64,000 nt of DNA from an uncultured Chloroflexia bacterium (GTDB lineage Bacteria > Chloroflexota > Limnocylindria > Limnocylindrales > CSP1-4). The position numbers and the translations under genes are program-made. Positions 20,800 to 30,178 of this stretch are shown in pieces. Location of the stretch: NCBI GenBank assembly GCA_963813535.1, contig CAWEZH010000002.1, positions 1,472,001-1,536,000 of the forward strand, given 5' to 3'. Within the stretch, counting starts at the first letter, position 1. Each line of letters opens with the position of its first letter. The notes under the pieces are model-generated. The model worked only from the letters and a program-made list of their open reading frames with translations, was not told where the DNA came from and did not search any database.

Positions 20800-21357
20800 T
20801 CAGCCGATGGTGCGGCGGCGCCACCAGGTCGCGAATGCGCCCAAGGCCAGGCCGATGGCGAGGCCGGCCAGACCGACGATCGCGAGGGAGGCCGGATCGT
20901 TGGCGGGTTGCGCGGGTGCGGGCTGGATCGCCGATGCCAGGGCGGCACCCTCGTCGCTGCCGTCGGCGGCCGCACCATCTCCGGCCACGATCGCTCCGAC
21001 CATGCCGGGATGGAGCGGGCACGTGTACGGGTAGATGCCCGCGGCGGCGAACGTCTCCGAGTGCTCGGTACCGGGGTCGAGGAGGACACTTCCCCATGTG
21101 CCGGATCGGCCGACGACCTGATGCTGGATCGTCGCGGTATTCAGGAAGCGGACGGTCGTCCCGACCGCGACCCTGCTGACAGTCGGCGCGAAGCTGCAGG
21201 TGTCCATGCGGATGACGGTGGTCCCGGCGCCCTCCATGTACACGCTTCCGTCCGCATCCGCGTGACACCCACCGCCGGCCTCGACGATGGCCGGCAGGGC
21301 ACCAGCGAGGAGGAGCAGCAGGACGGCAGTGAGCAGGGCGAGCGATCTTCGATGCAT
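20800..21357 (-). CDS. Cupredoxin (plastocyanin/amicyanin-like) with signal peptide and C-terminal TM anchor
   Basis: F.P....V.VGTTVRFLN...H, then YTCPLHPGM type-1 Cu ligands. Confidence 0.88.
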   Translation of the reverse strand: MHRRSLALLTAVLLLLLAGALPAIVEAGGGCHADADGSVYMEGAGTTVIRMDTCSFAPTVSRVAVGTTVRFLNTATIQHQVVGRSGTWGSVLLDPGTEHSETFAAAGIYPYTCPLHPGMVGAIVAGDGAAADGSDEGAALASAIQPAPAQPANDPASLAIVGLAGLAIGLALGAFATWWRRRTIG

Positions 21358-21368
21358 CTCGCCCCTTC

Positions 21369-21395
21369 TACACCGCGCAGATGCCCGGGGTTCCC
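21369..21395 (-). promoter_or_regulatory. ECF-type promoter GGGAACC-N13-CGGTGTA (copy 3)
   Basis: Ends 11 nt upstream of the cupredoxin ATG on the minus strand. Confidence 0.75.
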
Positions 21396-21420
21396 GGAGA
21401 CATGCGGCGCAGGACCGCGA

Positions 21421-23001
21421 CTAGTCGACCACCGTGTGCGACTGCTCGCGGAGGAACTGCGCGACGTAGTACATCGACAGGCCTGCCTTGCCGGTCGAGC
21501 CACTGCCCTTCCACCCGCCGAACGCCTGGATGCCCGGCCATGCGCCGGTGGTCGCACCCGCACGCCGGTTTACATACAGGACGCCCGCCTGGATCCGATC
21601 GAGGAACTGCTGGACCTCGCCCTGATCCTCGCTGTACACGCCGGCGGTCAGCCCATAGACCGAGTCGTTGGCGAGCGTCAGCGCCTCGTCGAGCGAGTCA
21701 ACAGCGTGCACCGCGGTCAGCGGCGCGAAGAACTCGTCGCGGAAGACGCGATGATCGGCCGGCAGACCGCCGACGACGGTCGGCTCGACGTAGTAGCCAC
21801 GGTCCTTGTCTCCGTCGTTGAGACGCTCCCCGCCGATCAGCACCCGACCGTCACGTCGCGCCTCGCTCACCGCCTGCTGGTGGCGGTCGACGGCACGCTG
21901 GTCGACGATCGGTCCGAGCCAGTTCTCACGCTTGATCGGGTCGCCGATGACGATCGACTCCGCCTTCTCGACGAGCAACCGGACCAACTCGTCGTGCACC
22001 GCCCGCTCGACGTAGACGCGCGAATTGGCCGAGCACTTCTGCCCGCCGAACCCGAACGCGGAACGCATGATCCCCTCGGCCGCCTCATCGAGGTCGGCGT
22101 TGCGGGTGACGATCGCCGGGTTCTTGCCCCCCATCTCGACGATGCACGGTCGCGGCCACGTCTTCGAGAACGTACGGAACAGCTCCATGCCCACCGCGTA
22201 CGACCCGGTAAACACGATGCCGTCCACGCCCGGGTGATCCTGGAGCGCCTGCCCGACGGTCTCGCCTGGCCCCATCACGAGGTTGACGACGCCCTGCGGC
22301 ACGCCGGCATCGATGTATGCCTGGAGCATGTTCTGGGCCGATAGCGGGGAGGCGGACGACGGCTTGATCACCACCGTGTTGCCGGCCATCATCGCGGCGC
22401 TCGACGGTCCCGTCGCCAAAGCCATCGGGAAGTTGAACGGGCTGACGACCGCGAAGACACCGTGCGGGCGGAGGATCGACCGGGTGTGCACGGACGTGTC
22501 CCCGAGGTTGCCCATCGGGTGGTCGTACCCGTCGTTGTCCTCCATGGTCTGCGCGTAGTAGCGGATGAGGTCGGCCAATTCCTCGACCTCCCCGAGCGAC
22601 TCGATGCGGTTCTTGCCGACCTCGTAGCTCATCGCCGCGGAGTAGTCGAAAAGCCGGTCGCTGATGAGCTCGGCCGCCCGCCGCAGGATCGCGAGGCGCT
22701 CACGCCACGGCGTCGCAGCCCAGGCCGGCTGCGCCCGCCGGGCCGCCGCGACCGCGTCGTCGATGTCGGCCGGCGAGCCGCTGGCGAACGTGCCGAGCGG
22801 GATGTCGGTGTCGATGGGCGAGCGCCCCTCGAACGTCCCGACGCCATCCCGCCGCGCCCCGTCGATGTAGTTCTGGTGGGAGGCCCCAAGCTCGCCGCGA
22901 ACCTTCGTCGCGGCTTCCTCGAAGCCCGCGTGGAGGTCTTCGTTGTCGGCGCGCAAGGTCGCGTACGTGACCTTGATGCGGGGCTTGGCCTCGGACGTCA
23001 T
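21421..23001 (-). CDS. Aldehyde dehydrogenase (P5C-dehydrogenase-like)
   Basis: SPFNFP, FTGS, EMGGKN, GQKCSA, EFFAP, YGLTAG, FGGWKGSG motifs. Confidence 0.93.
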   Translation of the reverse strand: MTSEAKPRIKVTYATLRADNEDLHAGFEEAATKVRGELGASHQNYIDGARRDGVGTFEGRSPIDTDIPLGTFASGSPADIDDAVAAARRAQPAWAATPWRERLAILRRAAELISDRLFDYSAAMSYEVGKNRIESLGEVEELADLIRYYAQTMEDNDGYDHPMGNLGDTSVHTRSILRPHGVFAVVSPFNFPMALATGPSSAAMMAGNTVVIKPSSASPLSAQNMLQAYIDAGVPQGVVNLVMGPGETVGQALQDHPGVDGIVFTGSYAVGMELFRTFSKTWPRPCIVEMGGKNPAIVTRNADLDEAAEGIMRSAFGFGGQKCSANSRVYVERAVHDELVRLLVEKAESIVIGDPIKRENWLGPIVDQRAVDRHQQAVSEARRDGRVLIGGERLNDGDKDRGYYVEPTVVGGLPADHRVFRDEFFAPLTAVHAVDSLDEALTLANDSVYGLTAGVYSEDQGEVQQFLDRIQAGVLYVNRRAGATTGAWPGIQAFGGWKGSGSTGKAGLSMYYVAQFLREQSHTVVD

Positions 23002-23191
23002 GTCGGATCCTCGTGAAGCGGGCGGGCACAGAGTGCGCCAAGTCTAGAGCCGGCGAGTCGACCCGAGTCACGCTGCGTGCTCGGCAAACACCCGGATGAC
23101 AGATCGAGCACGAAGAATGAGTCACGCCGACGTCGACGGCGCCCATACCCTGTGAATGCCCGACGTGGTCGGGCGGCCATTGGCGGAAGAC

Positions 23192-23740
23192 GTGGATACC
23201 GATCTCATCGGACGGGCGCAACGCGGTGACGAGGAGGCCTTCGCGAGCCTCGCCGTCGCAGCGGGCGACCGGCTCCACGCGGTGGCGCACAGGATCCTGC
23301 GCGACACCGACCTCGCCGAGGATGCGACGCAGCAGGCGCTGCTGAGCATCTGGCGGGACCTTCCGCAGCTCCGCGACCCGACGCGCTTTGACGCCTGGTC
23401 GTACCGGCTCCTCGTGCGCGCCTGCTACGCCGAGGGAAGCCGGGAGCGCCGGTCCGCTTCGAATGTCCGTCTCATCCCGGCCAATTCGACCGGAGTGAGT
23501 GAGGGCCTGAGCTCGGTCGTCGATCGCGACCAGCTCGAGCGTGGCTTCCGGCGCCTCTCCATCGACCATCGTGCGGTGGTGGTGCTCCACCACTACCTCG
23601 ACCTGCCGCTCGACGAGGTCGCCGATGTGCTCGGCGTCCCCGCCGGGACGGTCCGATCCCGATTGCATCACGCGATGCGCGGCCTGCGTGCGGCCCTCGA
23701 GGCAGACGCCAGACCAGGCACGCGGGAGGTTGCCCAGTGA
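23192..23740 (+). CDS. ECF RNA polymerase sigma factor
   Basis: AQRGDEEAF, AEDATQ, LRDPTRFDAW, EVADVLGVPAGTVRSRLH motifs. Confidence 0.93.
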   Translation: MDTDLIGRAQRGDEEAFASLAVAAGDRLHAVAHRILRDTDLAEDATQQALLSIWRDLPQLRDPTRFDAWSYRLLVRACYAEGSRERRSASNVRLIPANSTGVSEGLSSVVDRDQLERGFRRLSIDHRAVVVLHHYLDLPLDEVADVLGVPAGTVRSRLHHAMRGLRAALEADARPGTREVAQ

Positions 23741-24726
23741 GCACCGATCGCGACGTCACCCGCATCGTTCGGTCGTGGTTGGAGGATGGCGCGACCGCGC
23801 TGCCGGACCGCGTCCTGGACAGCGTGCTCGACCAGCTCCCCGCGACCTCACAGCGCCGTGCCTGGTGGCCGGCGTGGAGGTTGAGAGAGATGAACAATGC
23901 CTTGAAGCTCGCGATCGCTGCGGTGGCCGTGGTGGTCGTGGCGCTCGTGGGGATCAACCTTCTGCCGAGGAGCGACGGTGTCGGCGGATCCGGCACGTCG
24001 GCGAGTCCCGCGCCGTCGCCGACCGCATCGCCATCGGCATCGCTCAGTCGATCGCCCTCGCCATCTCCGGTGCTGTTCCCGAACGGCCCACTACCGGCGG
24101 GCAGCTATACGATCCAGCCATTCGTGGGCCCCGGGGGTCTGTGCCTGGGGCAGGCTGGCTGCACGGAAGCGGGCGCGGAGGACGACTCGATCCGCATCAC
24201 GGTCACCGTTCCGGACGGCTGGTCAGGGTTCGAAATCAGTGTCGCTCCCTCCGTCGAGAGATTCTCGCCACCCGGTGGAGCCAATTTGCTCTTCATGCGC
24301 GGCGGCTGGTTGCACACCGTCTGGCAGGTCTGTGGGGGATCCGGACCGGACATTCCGACCGGACCGAACATCTCGACCGGCACGACCGTCGACGAGTTCG
24401 TGACGGCGCTCGTGGATCACCCTGACCTCGACGTGACCAGTCCTGTGGACGTGACGCTGGCCGGATACTCCGGGAAGTACCTGGAGCTCCAGGCGCCCGA
24501 CAACATCGCCGCGAACCAGGACAGCCCGGCCCAAGGGGAGTGCGCCTACTACTTCGTGTGGGAACCCGGCATCTACGCCCAGGGACCGAACGCCCTGTGG
24601 CGCATCTGGGTCCTTGATGTGAACGGGGTCCGAGTGCTGGTCCGGGCCGACAGCTTCCCCGGCACGAGTCCAGAAATCCAAGCCCAACTCCAGGCGATCG
24701 TGGACTCCATCCACATCGAACCGTGA
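23737..24726 (+). CDS. Putative membrane anti-sigma factor with extracellular domain
   Basis: GTGA overlap with sigma; N-terminal VRSWLEDG helix, one TM, PS linker, then a Cys-containing extracellular domain. Confidence 0.7.
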   Translation: MSTDRDVTRIVRSWLEDGATALPDRVLDSVLDQLPATSQRRAWWPAWRLREMNNALKLAIAAVAVVVVALVGINLLPRSDGVGGSGTSASPAPSPTASPSASLSRSPSPSPVLFPNGPLPAGSYTIQPFVGPGGLCLGQAGCTEAGAEDDSIRITVTVPDGWSGFEISVAPSVERFSPPGGANLLFMRGGWLHTVWQVCGGSGPDIPTGPNISTGTTVDEFVTALVDHPDLDVTSPVDVTLAGYSGKYLELQAPDNIAANQDSPAQGECAYYFVWEPGIYAQGPNALWRIWVLDVNGVRVLVRADSFPGTSPEIQAQLQAIVDSIHIEP

Positions 24727-24732
24727 CGCGAC

Positions 24733-24766
24733 GCCGGGTCGAGTGGCATCTGCCTCCCGACCCGGC
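24733..24766 (+). terminator. Hairpin downstream of anti-sigma gene
   Basis: GCCGGGTCG...CGACCCGGC 9-bp outer stem with inner GGCA/TGCC; no U tract. Confidence 0.45.
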
Positions 24767-24960
24767 CGTCAGACGCGACGGTTGAGCCAATGCCGGATGA
24801 TCGGCAACCAGGCCGCTCCGTCGTGTCGAAGGGCGAGCTCCCCTCGCCCGGTGTCATCGCGATGACCTGATCGGGTCCGTCCACGGCGGCAGCGTTGGTG
24901 TCGGGAGGAGCGTCGGGACGGGGAGCGGCGGAAGGGTCGGCAGCGGAAAGGCCGCCCCTA

Positions 24961-25578
24961 CTAGGTCGTCGGTGGCACGAACGTGATCCGGAGCCTCTGC
25001 TCGGTCGAGCGGTCGTCGCCGAGCCGGAAGACGAGGGTGTTCTCACCTTCGTTCAGGCGCACTGCCATGGCCCAGTGGCCGGTGTCGTCAGCCGTGGCGT
25101 GCTGGTCGAACCCGAAACTGACGTCGCGCGTCACCTCGAGGCCTGGCGGAGCGAGGCCGATGACCGTCACCTCACCGATGGCGACCGCGGTGCCGTCCTG
25201 CGGACTCTGGAAGCTCAGCCCGACGATCGGTGCCGACGGCGCAGCCGGCACCTCGCCAGGCGCCAGCGACCCTGCCGGATCCGGCGATCCGCCCAGCGGT
25301 GGGACGCCACTCGGACCAGCGGATGGCCGCGACAGCAGGGCATAGCCGATCAATCCGGCGGCGATGACCACGGCACCGAGGACGATCGGCGCGATACGAG
25401 GACCTCGTTCGCGTTCCACGTGTCTCGGCTCGAGGTCCTCGTCCTCACCGGGCTCCGCAGGCGCTACCGGCCGTTGGCTGAGTTCGTCGACGTTGAAGCC
25501 GCACTTCGGGCAGTACGGGTGGCCAGCCACGAGGCTCGTCCCGCAGCGTGGACAGAAGCGGAAACCGTCGTCTGCCAT
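24961..25578 (-). CDS. Double zinc-ribbon membrane protein with Ig-like C-terminal domain
   Basis: FCPRCG...YCPKCG, one TM, C-terminal SPQDG...GHW...LNEGEN. Confidence 0.8.
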   Translation of the reverse strand: MADDGFRFCPRCGTSLVAGHPYCPKCGFNVDELSQRPVAPAEPGEDEDLEPRHVERERGPRIAPIVLGAVVIAAGLIGYALLSRPSAGPSGVPPLGGSPDPAGSLAPGEVPAAPSAPIVGLSFQSPQDGTAVAIGEVTVIGLAPPGLEVTRDVSFGFDQHATADDTGHWAMAVRLNEGENTLVFRLGDDRSTEQRLRITFVPPTT

Positions 25579-25635
25579 CAACGCGTCCCACCAGTTTCGT
25601 TTATGCCGAAGTTCACATCTCGGTTCGGCGCCGCC

Positions 25636-26502
25636 TCAGTGGACCCCAAGCTCCTCGATCGTATAGCCGTTCGGGTACGTTGGGTGCCGTCGGCGGGTGA
25701 TCAAACGTGGAGCCCGCCGCGGGGGCAGGCGACGGACGATCCTGCCCCGGAGCCGGACCGCCCCCTCCATGATGCTCCGCACGGCGGGGTGCGGGCGGGG
25801 CAGTCCGACGGCTGCCAGCAGGTCGTTGTCCATCATCGCGTGGACGAACGGTCGACCGAGCGGCCAGAGGGATCGGGGCAGATACCAACTCAGGAGCAGG
25901 TCACGCGTCGCGCGGGCGAGGGCTCGGTTCTCCGGCGCGAAGTGGTAGTTCTCGATCGCGAAATCGACGTTGTAGCGCTCGAACGTCTCGTAGTCCTCGG
26001 GTACGTCTTGGATCGCCATCCGTTTGGCGATCTCGCGCCAGAAGTAGAAGGACGCCAGCTTCTCCTCGCGCAGCAGCGGCCGCCACCCGAACCGCTGGTT
26101 CCAGCGGATCGGCTCGAACACGAACGTCGATAGGACGTAGAGGAATTCGTCGTTCGGGATCGCGTAGCGGCCGTGCATCTGGTTGATCCGCCGCAGCGCC
26201 GCCTTACCGCGCTGGCTGTCGTAGCCGTGCTCCAGGATCTCTGCCAGCAGTAGCACCGTGTCGTCATACCGCTTCTGGGTCCGCTCCGTGAACTCGCCCG
26301 TGCCCGCGAGCAGGGCGGTCCCCTTTGCGACGGCGAACGCACGGAACAGTGCCAGCTCAAGCGACCGCGTCGTGTCCCACGGGAACTCGTGGAGCGACGT
26401 CAGGAAGGCGATCCGCTGATGGTCATTCAGCGGATCGAGGCGTCGGATCTCCTGCAACACCGCGTCGCGCGCCACGCCCACCTCCGTCGGCCTATCCAGC
26501 AT
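25636..26502 (-). CDS. Oxygenase MpaB / DUF2236 family protein
   Basis: TGEF...KRYDDT, RINQMHGRY.IPNDEFLYVLSTF, YPNGY.IEELG motifs. Confidence 0.88.
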   Translation of the reverse strand: MLDRPTEVGVARDAVLQEIRRLDPLNDHQRIAFLTSLHEFPWDTTRSLELALFRAFAVAKGTALLAGTGEFTERTQKRYDDTVLLLAEILEHGYDSQRGKAALRRINQMHGRYAIPNDEFLYVLSTFVFEPIRWNQRFGWRPLLREEKLASFYFWREIAKRMAIQDVPEDYETFERYNVDFAIENYHFAPENRALARATRDLLLSWYLPRSLWPLGRPFVHAMMDNDLLAAVGLPRPHPAVRSIMEGAVRLRGRIVRRLPPRRAPRLITRRRHPTYPNGYTIEELGVH

Positions 26503-26545
26503 AGCGAGCCCGAACGGTCATACGCTTAGACCGTCGTCCTCTGCC

Positions 26546-27430
26546 TCAGGCGCTCGACCCGGCATCGAGCGCGGCAACGACATCGGCCAGCGACGGCGCG
26601 ACCGCATGGGGCAATCGACCACCACGCTCTCGGGCAGCCTGCTCGACATCCGCCTCCCCGTGCTTGCCGGACAGCACCAGCACCCCGCGCAGACCGGCCC
26701 GTTGTGCGGCGCGAACGTCGGTTCGCACGTCGTCGCCGACCATCGCGATGTCCGCCCGCGCGAGGTCGCGACCCGCCTCCTTGCGCAGGTCGCGGACGGC
26801 CTGCGCGAAGAAGGCCGGCGACGGCTTGCCGATGACTCGTGCCCGGGTCTCCGCGGCGAACTCGAGACCGACCACGAACGACCCGGAATCGAGTGTCGGC
26901 CCGTCCGGCGTCAGCCACCATGGGTTGCGGTGCATGCCGACCAGCGTCGCCCCAGCGCGGATCAGTCGGAACGCTCGGTTGAGGTTGTCGAACGTGGCCT
27001 CCTCGGGCGAGTCCCCGATGACGACCGCCGCGACCGTCGCGCCCTTCGCCCCCGCCTCGTCATGGCTGAGCAGCCGCTGGCCGGCGAACTCGCGCCTGGC
27101 GTCCTCGGATGCCAGGACGTACAGCGGTGCGTCCGGATAGGTCCGCGCCGTCCACGCCGCCGACGCCGACAGGGCGGATTCGAACCGCTCCGCCGGGATC
27201 GGGACGCCGAGCTTCCCGGACCAGCGCGACAGGGTCTGGCGGCTGACAGCAGAGGTGTTCGTGACGATCCGGTACGGCATCCGCCGACGCTCGAGGACGG
27301 CGACGGCCTCCGCGGACCCGGGGATGATCGTGCCCGCCAGCACGATCACGCCATCGAGGTCGAGCAATAACGCCCGGACGCCCCGCATCGCGGCGCCCAC
27401 ATCGGTCGGCGGGTCCGGCGCGTCGGGCAT
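26546..27430 (-). CDS. HAD-IIA hydrolase (LHPP/HDHD2-like)
   Basis: DLDGV, VTNTS, IGKPS, MVGDDVRTDV, SGKH motifs. Confidence 0.9.
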   Translation of the reverse strand: MPDAPDPPTDVGAAMRGVRALLLDLDGVIVLAGTIIPGSAEAVAVLERRRMPYRIVTNTSAVSRQTLSRWSGKLGVPIPAERFESALSASAAWTARTYPDAPLYVLASEDARREFAGQRLLSHDEAGAKGATVAAVVIGDSPEEATFDNLNRAFRLIRAGATLVGMHRNPWWLTPDGPTLDSGSFVVGLEFAAETRARVIGKPSPAFFAQAVRDLRKEAGRDLARADIAMVGDDVRTDVRAAQRAGLRGVLVLSGKHGEADVEQAARERGGRLPHAVAPSLADVVAALDAGSSA

Positions 27431-27460
27431 GATGGAAGCCTATCGGAAGGGAGGCGCCGG

Positions 27461-28243
27461 ATGGGTCTGCTCGAGGGCAAGAACGCGCTGGTCTTCGGGG
27501 TGGCCAACGACCACTCCATCGCGTGGGGCATCGCGCGCGCCCTCCACGGCGAAGGTGCCTCGGTCGGCTTCTCGTCGATCGAGAGCTTGATCGACAAGCG
27601 CGTCCGGCCGCTCGCGGAATCCATCGGTTCGACCTTCGTCGAGCCCGCCGACGTCCAGTCCGACGCCGACATCGAGCGCGTCTTCGCGCGCTGGGGCGAG
27701 TCGAACGACCACCTGGACATCCTCGTCCATGCCCTCGCCTTCGCGAAGCGCGAGGACCTGTCCGGCGGCTTCGTCGAGACGTCCCGCGACGGGTTCGCGC
27801 TGGCCATGGACGTGTCGGCATACTCGCTCGTCGCGATCGCCCGCGCGGCACGGCCGTACCTGCGCCCGGGGACGTCGATCATGACGCTGACCTACTACGG
27901 GTCCGAGAAGGTCGTTGCGAACTACAACGTCATGGGCGTGGCCAAGGCGGCGCTCGAGGCGTCGGTGCGCTACCTCGCCGCCGATCTCGGACCCGCCGGC
28001 GTCCGGGTCAACGCGATCAGCGCCGGGCCGATCCGGACGCTGGCGGCGAGCGGCATCGCCGGGTTCAAGAAGATGTACGGCGCCTTCGATGAGGTGGCGC
28101 CGCTGCGCTCGAACATCTCGATCGACGATGTCGGGCGAACGGCGGTCTACCTCGCCTCGGACCTCTCGAGCGCGGTCACCGGCGAGGTCATCTATGTCGA
28201 CGGCGGGTTCAACATCGTCGGCGTCCCGACCGGCGGCGACTAG
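27461..28243 (+). CDS. fabI: Enoyl-ACP reductase
   Basis: GVANDHSIAWGIA, SAYSL, YNVMGVAKAALE, NAISAGPIRTLAASG motifs. Confidence 0.96.
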   Translation: MGLLEGKNALVFGVANDHSIAWGIARALHGEGASVGFSSIESLIDKRVRPLAESIGSTFVEPADVQSDADIERVFARWGESNDHLDILVHALAFAKREDLSGGFVETSRDGFALAMDVSAYSLVAIARAARPYLRPGTSIMTLTYYGSEKVVANYNVMGVAKAALEASVRYLAADLGPAGVRVNAISAGPIRTLAASGIAGFKKMYGAFDEVAPLRSNISIDDVGRTAVYLASDLSSAVTGEVIYVDGGFNIVGVPTGGD

Positions 28244-28262
28244 CCCGGGCGATCCGCCTGGA

Positions 28263-29024
28263 TCAGCCGGCGGTCAGGTGGCCGACCAGTGCCTCGAGGT
28301 CCGGGATGGCCATCGCACCGGCCGCCCGTCCGACGACGTTCCCGTCGCTGCCGACGAAGACCCAGAGCGGGTACGCGGTCAGGCCGTATGCCTCGGCGAC
28401 GCTGTTCGTGGGATCGGCGATGACCGGGGCCGTCCAGCCTTCGCGGTCGAGCCACACATCGGGCGGGTAGTTCGGCTGCGAGGGATCGATCCCGGTCGCG
28501 ACCGCGACGAGATCGACGTCCTCCGGGACGCCGCCGGCGTTGACCCAGGTCTGGACGAGCGGCACCTCAGCCTGGCAGTGGGGACACCAGTGGGCAAGGA
28601 ACAGGATCACCTTGGCACGGCCATCGGGCTCGATGGCGACCGGCGCGCCGTCGAAGTTCGCTCCCGACACCTCGGGTGCCGCCAGGCCCACCGCGGCGTC
28701 GTTGTCGGGCCCCTGGAACGGCGGCAGCGGGTCGCCGGCGATGACCGGCGGCTGGACGGCGACGGCCGATCCCGCTCCGGGCGCCGCACCGGATCCTCCG
28801 GCTGCCGCTCCCGACGCGCTCGGCCGCAGCGACGAGCTGCCGCCGCCCGTTGGTCCACCGGCGCCGGGCAGGACGATGGCCAGGACCGCGGCGACCACCA
28901 CGACCACGGCGATGAGACCCGGCAGCAGCCAGCGCGACATGGGTGAGTGGCGCTCGCCCGTGCTCCGCGCCTCCGCACGGGCGGCTCGGCGGCGGGCGCG
29001 TCGGTCGCCGGGGGGCTGGGTCAT
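28263..29024 (-). CDS. Membrane-anchored TlpA/thioredoxin-like protein (WCPHC)
   Basis: TM, AP....NFDG, FLAHWCPHCQAE, YGLTAYP motifs. Confidence 0.9.
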   Translation of the reverse strand: MTQPPGDRRARRRAARAEARSTGERHSPMSRWLLPGLIAVVVVVAAVLAIVLPGAGGPTGGGSSSLRPSASGAAAGGSGAAPGAGSAVAVQPPVIAGDPLPPFQGPDNDAAVGLAAPEVSGANFDGAPVAIEPDGRAKVILFLAHWCPHCQAEVPLVQTWVNAGGVPEDVDLVAVATGIDPSQPNYPPDVWLDREGWTAPVIADPTNSVAEAYGLTAYPLWVFVGSDGNVVGRAAGAMAIPDLEALVGHLTAG

Positions 29025-29594
29025 CGGTCACTCCATCGGTCGGTCTCGTCCGGGTCGCGGACGATGAGCAGCGTGAGGATCGAGCAGGAAGGCGGTCAGC
29101 GCGAGCGTCGGCAGGCTGAAGATGCCGAAGACGCGGAACCACACCACGGTGCACGGCGTAGCGACGGCGCACGAGCCGGTGTCGAGGGACGGGATCCACT
29201 CGAGGGCGACATGGTAGCCCGCGATGAGCGCACCGATCGCTGCAAGGGCGGCGGCACCGGTCGGCACGCGCCGCTGCCGGCGGAGCATCGCGACCCCCAG
29301 GATCACCACGAGCGGGTACATCGCGATCCGCTGGTACCAGCACAGGGTGCACGGCTCGTATCCAGCCACTTCCGAGAAGTAGAGGCTGCCGGCGGTGGCG
29401 AGGAAGGCGACGATCCACGCCGCGATGACCGCTCGCGACTGGACGGCACGGGCGATCGCGGCATAGGCGTCAAGCGCCGGGTCCGACTGGATGGCGAGCA
29501 CGCGCAGGGCCCCGATGACGACCACGGCGACGATCGCGGCGATCGCAAGGATCCCGTAGAACCGCTGGACCAGATCGACCGTCAGCTCAGGCAT
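29021..29594 (-). CDS. dsbB: Disulfide bond formation protein B (DsbB/BdbC); apparent +1 frameshift near 29081
   Basis: GSLYFSE, PCTLCWYQRIAMYP, second Cys pair. Removing one base restores the last TM and gives an ATGA overlap with the TlpA gene. Confidence 0.88.
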
Positions 29595-30033
29595 CGACGG
29601 CGGCGGCCCGGCACGTTGCACAGACCCCCGTCAAGGTGAGATGCGGCACGTCGACCTCGAAGCCGTGCCCCGTTCGCACCGCGTCGACGGCCGTGACGAC
29701 GGCCGGGTCGTCCATCGTCAGCTCCCACGATCCGGAGCAGACGCGGCAGTACAGGTGGGCGTGCTCCGCGGCCGGCAGCACGTGGAACTCCTCGCGGCCG
29801 TCGGCACCATGGCTGTGGCGGATGACGCCGAGCTCCTCGAGGACGTCGAGCGTGCGGTAGACCGTCGAGGGGATCGTGTCGGGGTCGATGGCCCGACAGC
29901 GCTCGACGAGCTCCGCGCCCGTCACGTGACCATCGGCCTGCGAGAGGACCTCGACGAGGATCCGGCGCTGTGGCGTCCAGCGCAGGCCGCGGGCCCGAAG
30001 CTGATCCGGGATCCCCGCCCAGGGTCGAGCCAC
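29587..30033 (-). CDS. Fur family regulator
   Basis: GLRWTPQR, STVYRTLDVLEELG, HAHLYCRVC, CATC motifs. Confidence 0.92.
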   Translation of the reverse strand: MARPWAGIPDQLRARGLRWTPQRRILVEVLSQADGHVTGAELVERCRAIDPDTIPSTVYRTLDVLEELGVIRHSHGADGREEFHVLPAAEHAHLYCRVCSGSWELTMDDPAVVTAVDAVRTGHGFEVDVPHLTLTGVCATCRAAAVDA

Positions 30034-30100
30034 GTCCGGTTCCCACGCTGGCGATGATCCTTGTGCGCGCATCGCGCGAAGTATAGGTGGACAAGAGCGA

Positions 30101-30127
30101 CGCACTGCAGATGCAACGTGTTGCGAT
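30101..30127. promoter_or_regulatory. Candidate Fur-family operator (TGCAAC-GT-GTTGCG plus adjacent TGCA repeats)
   Basis: Imperfect palindrome between the divergent fur and transporter genes. Confidence 0.45.
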
Positions 30128-30178
30128 ACCGCGGCACAAGCCGTACGCTAGTCGCCCCTGGAACGAGGTCCGCAACCT

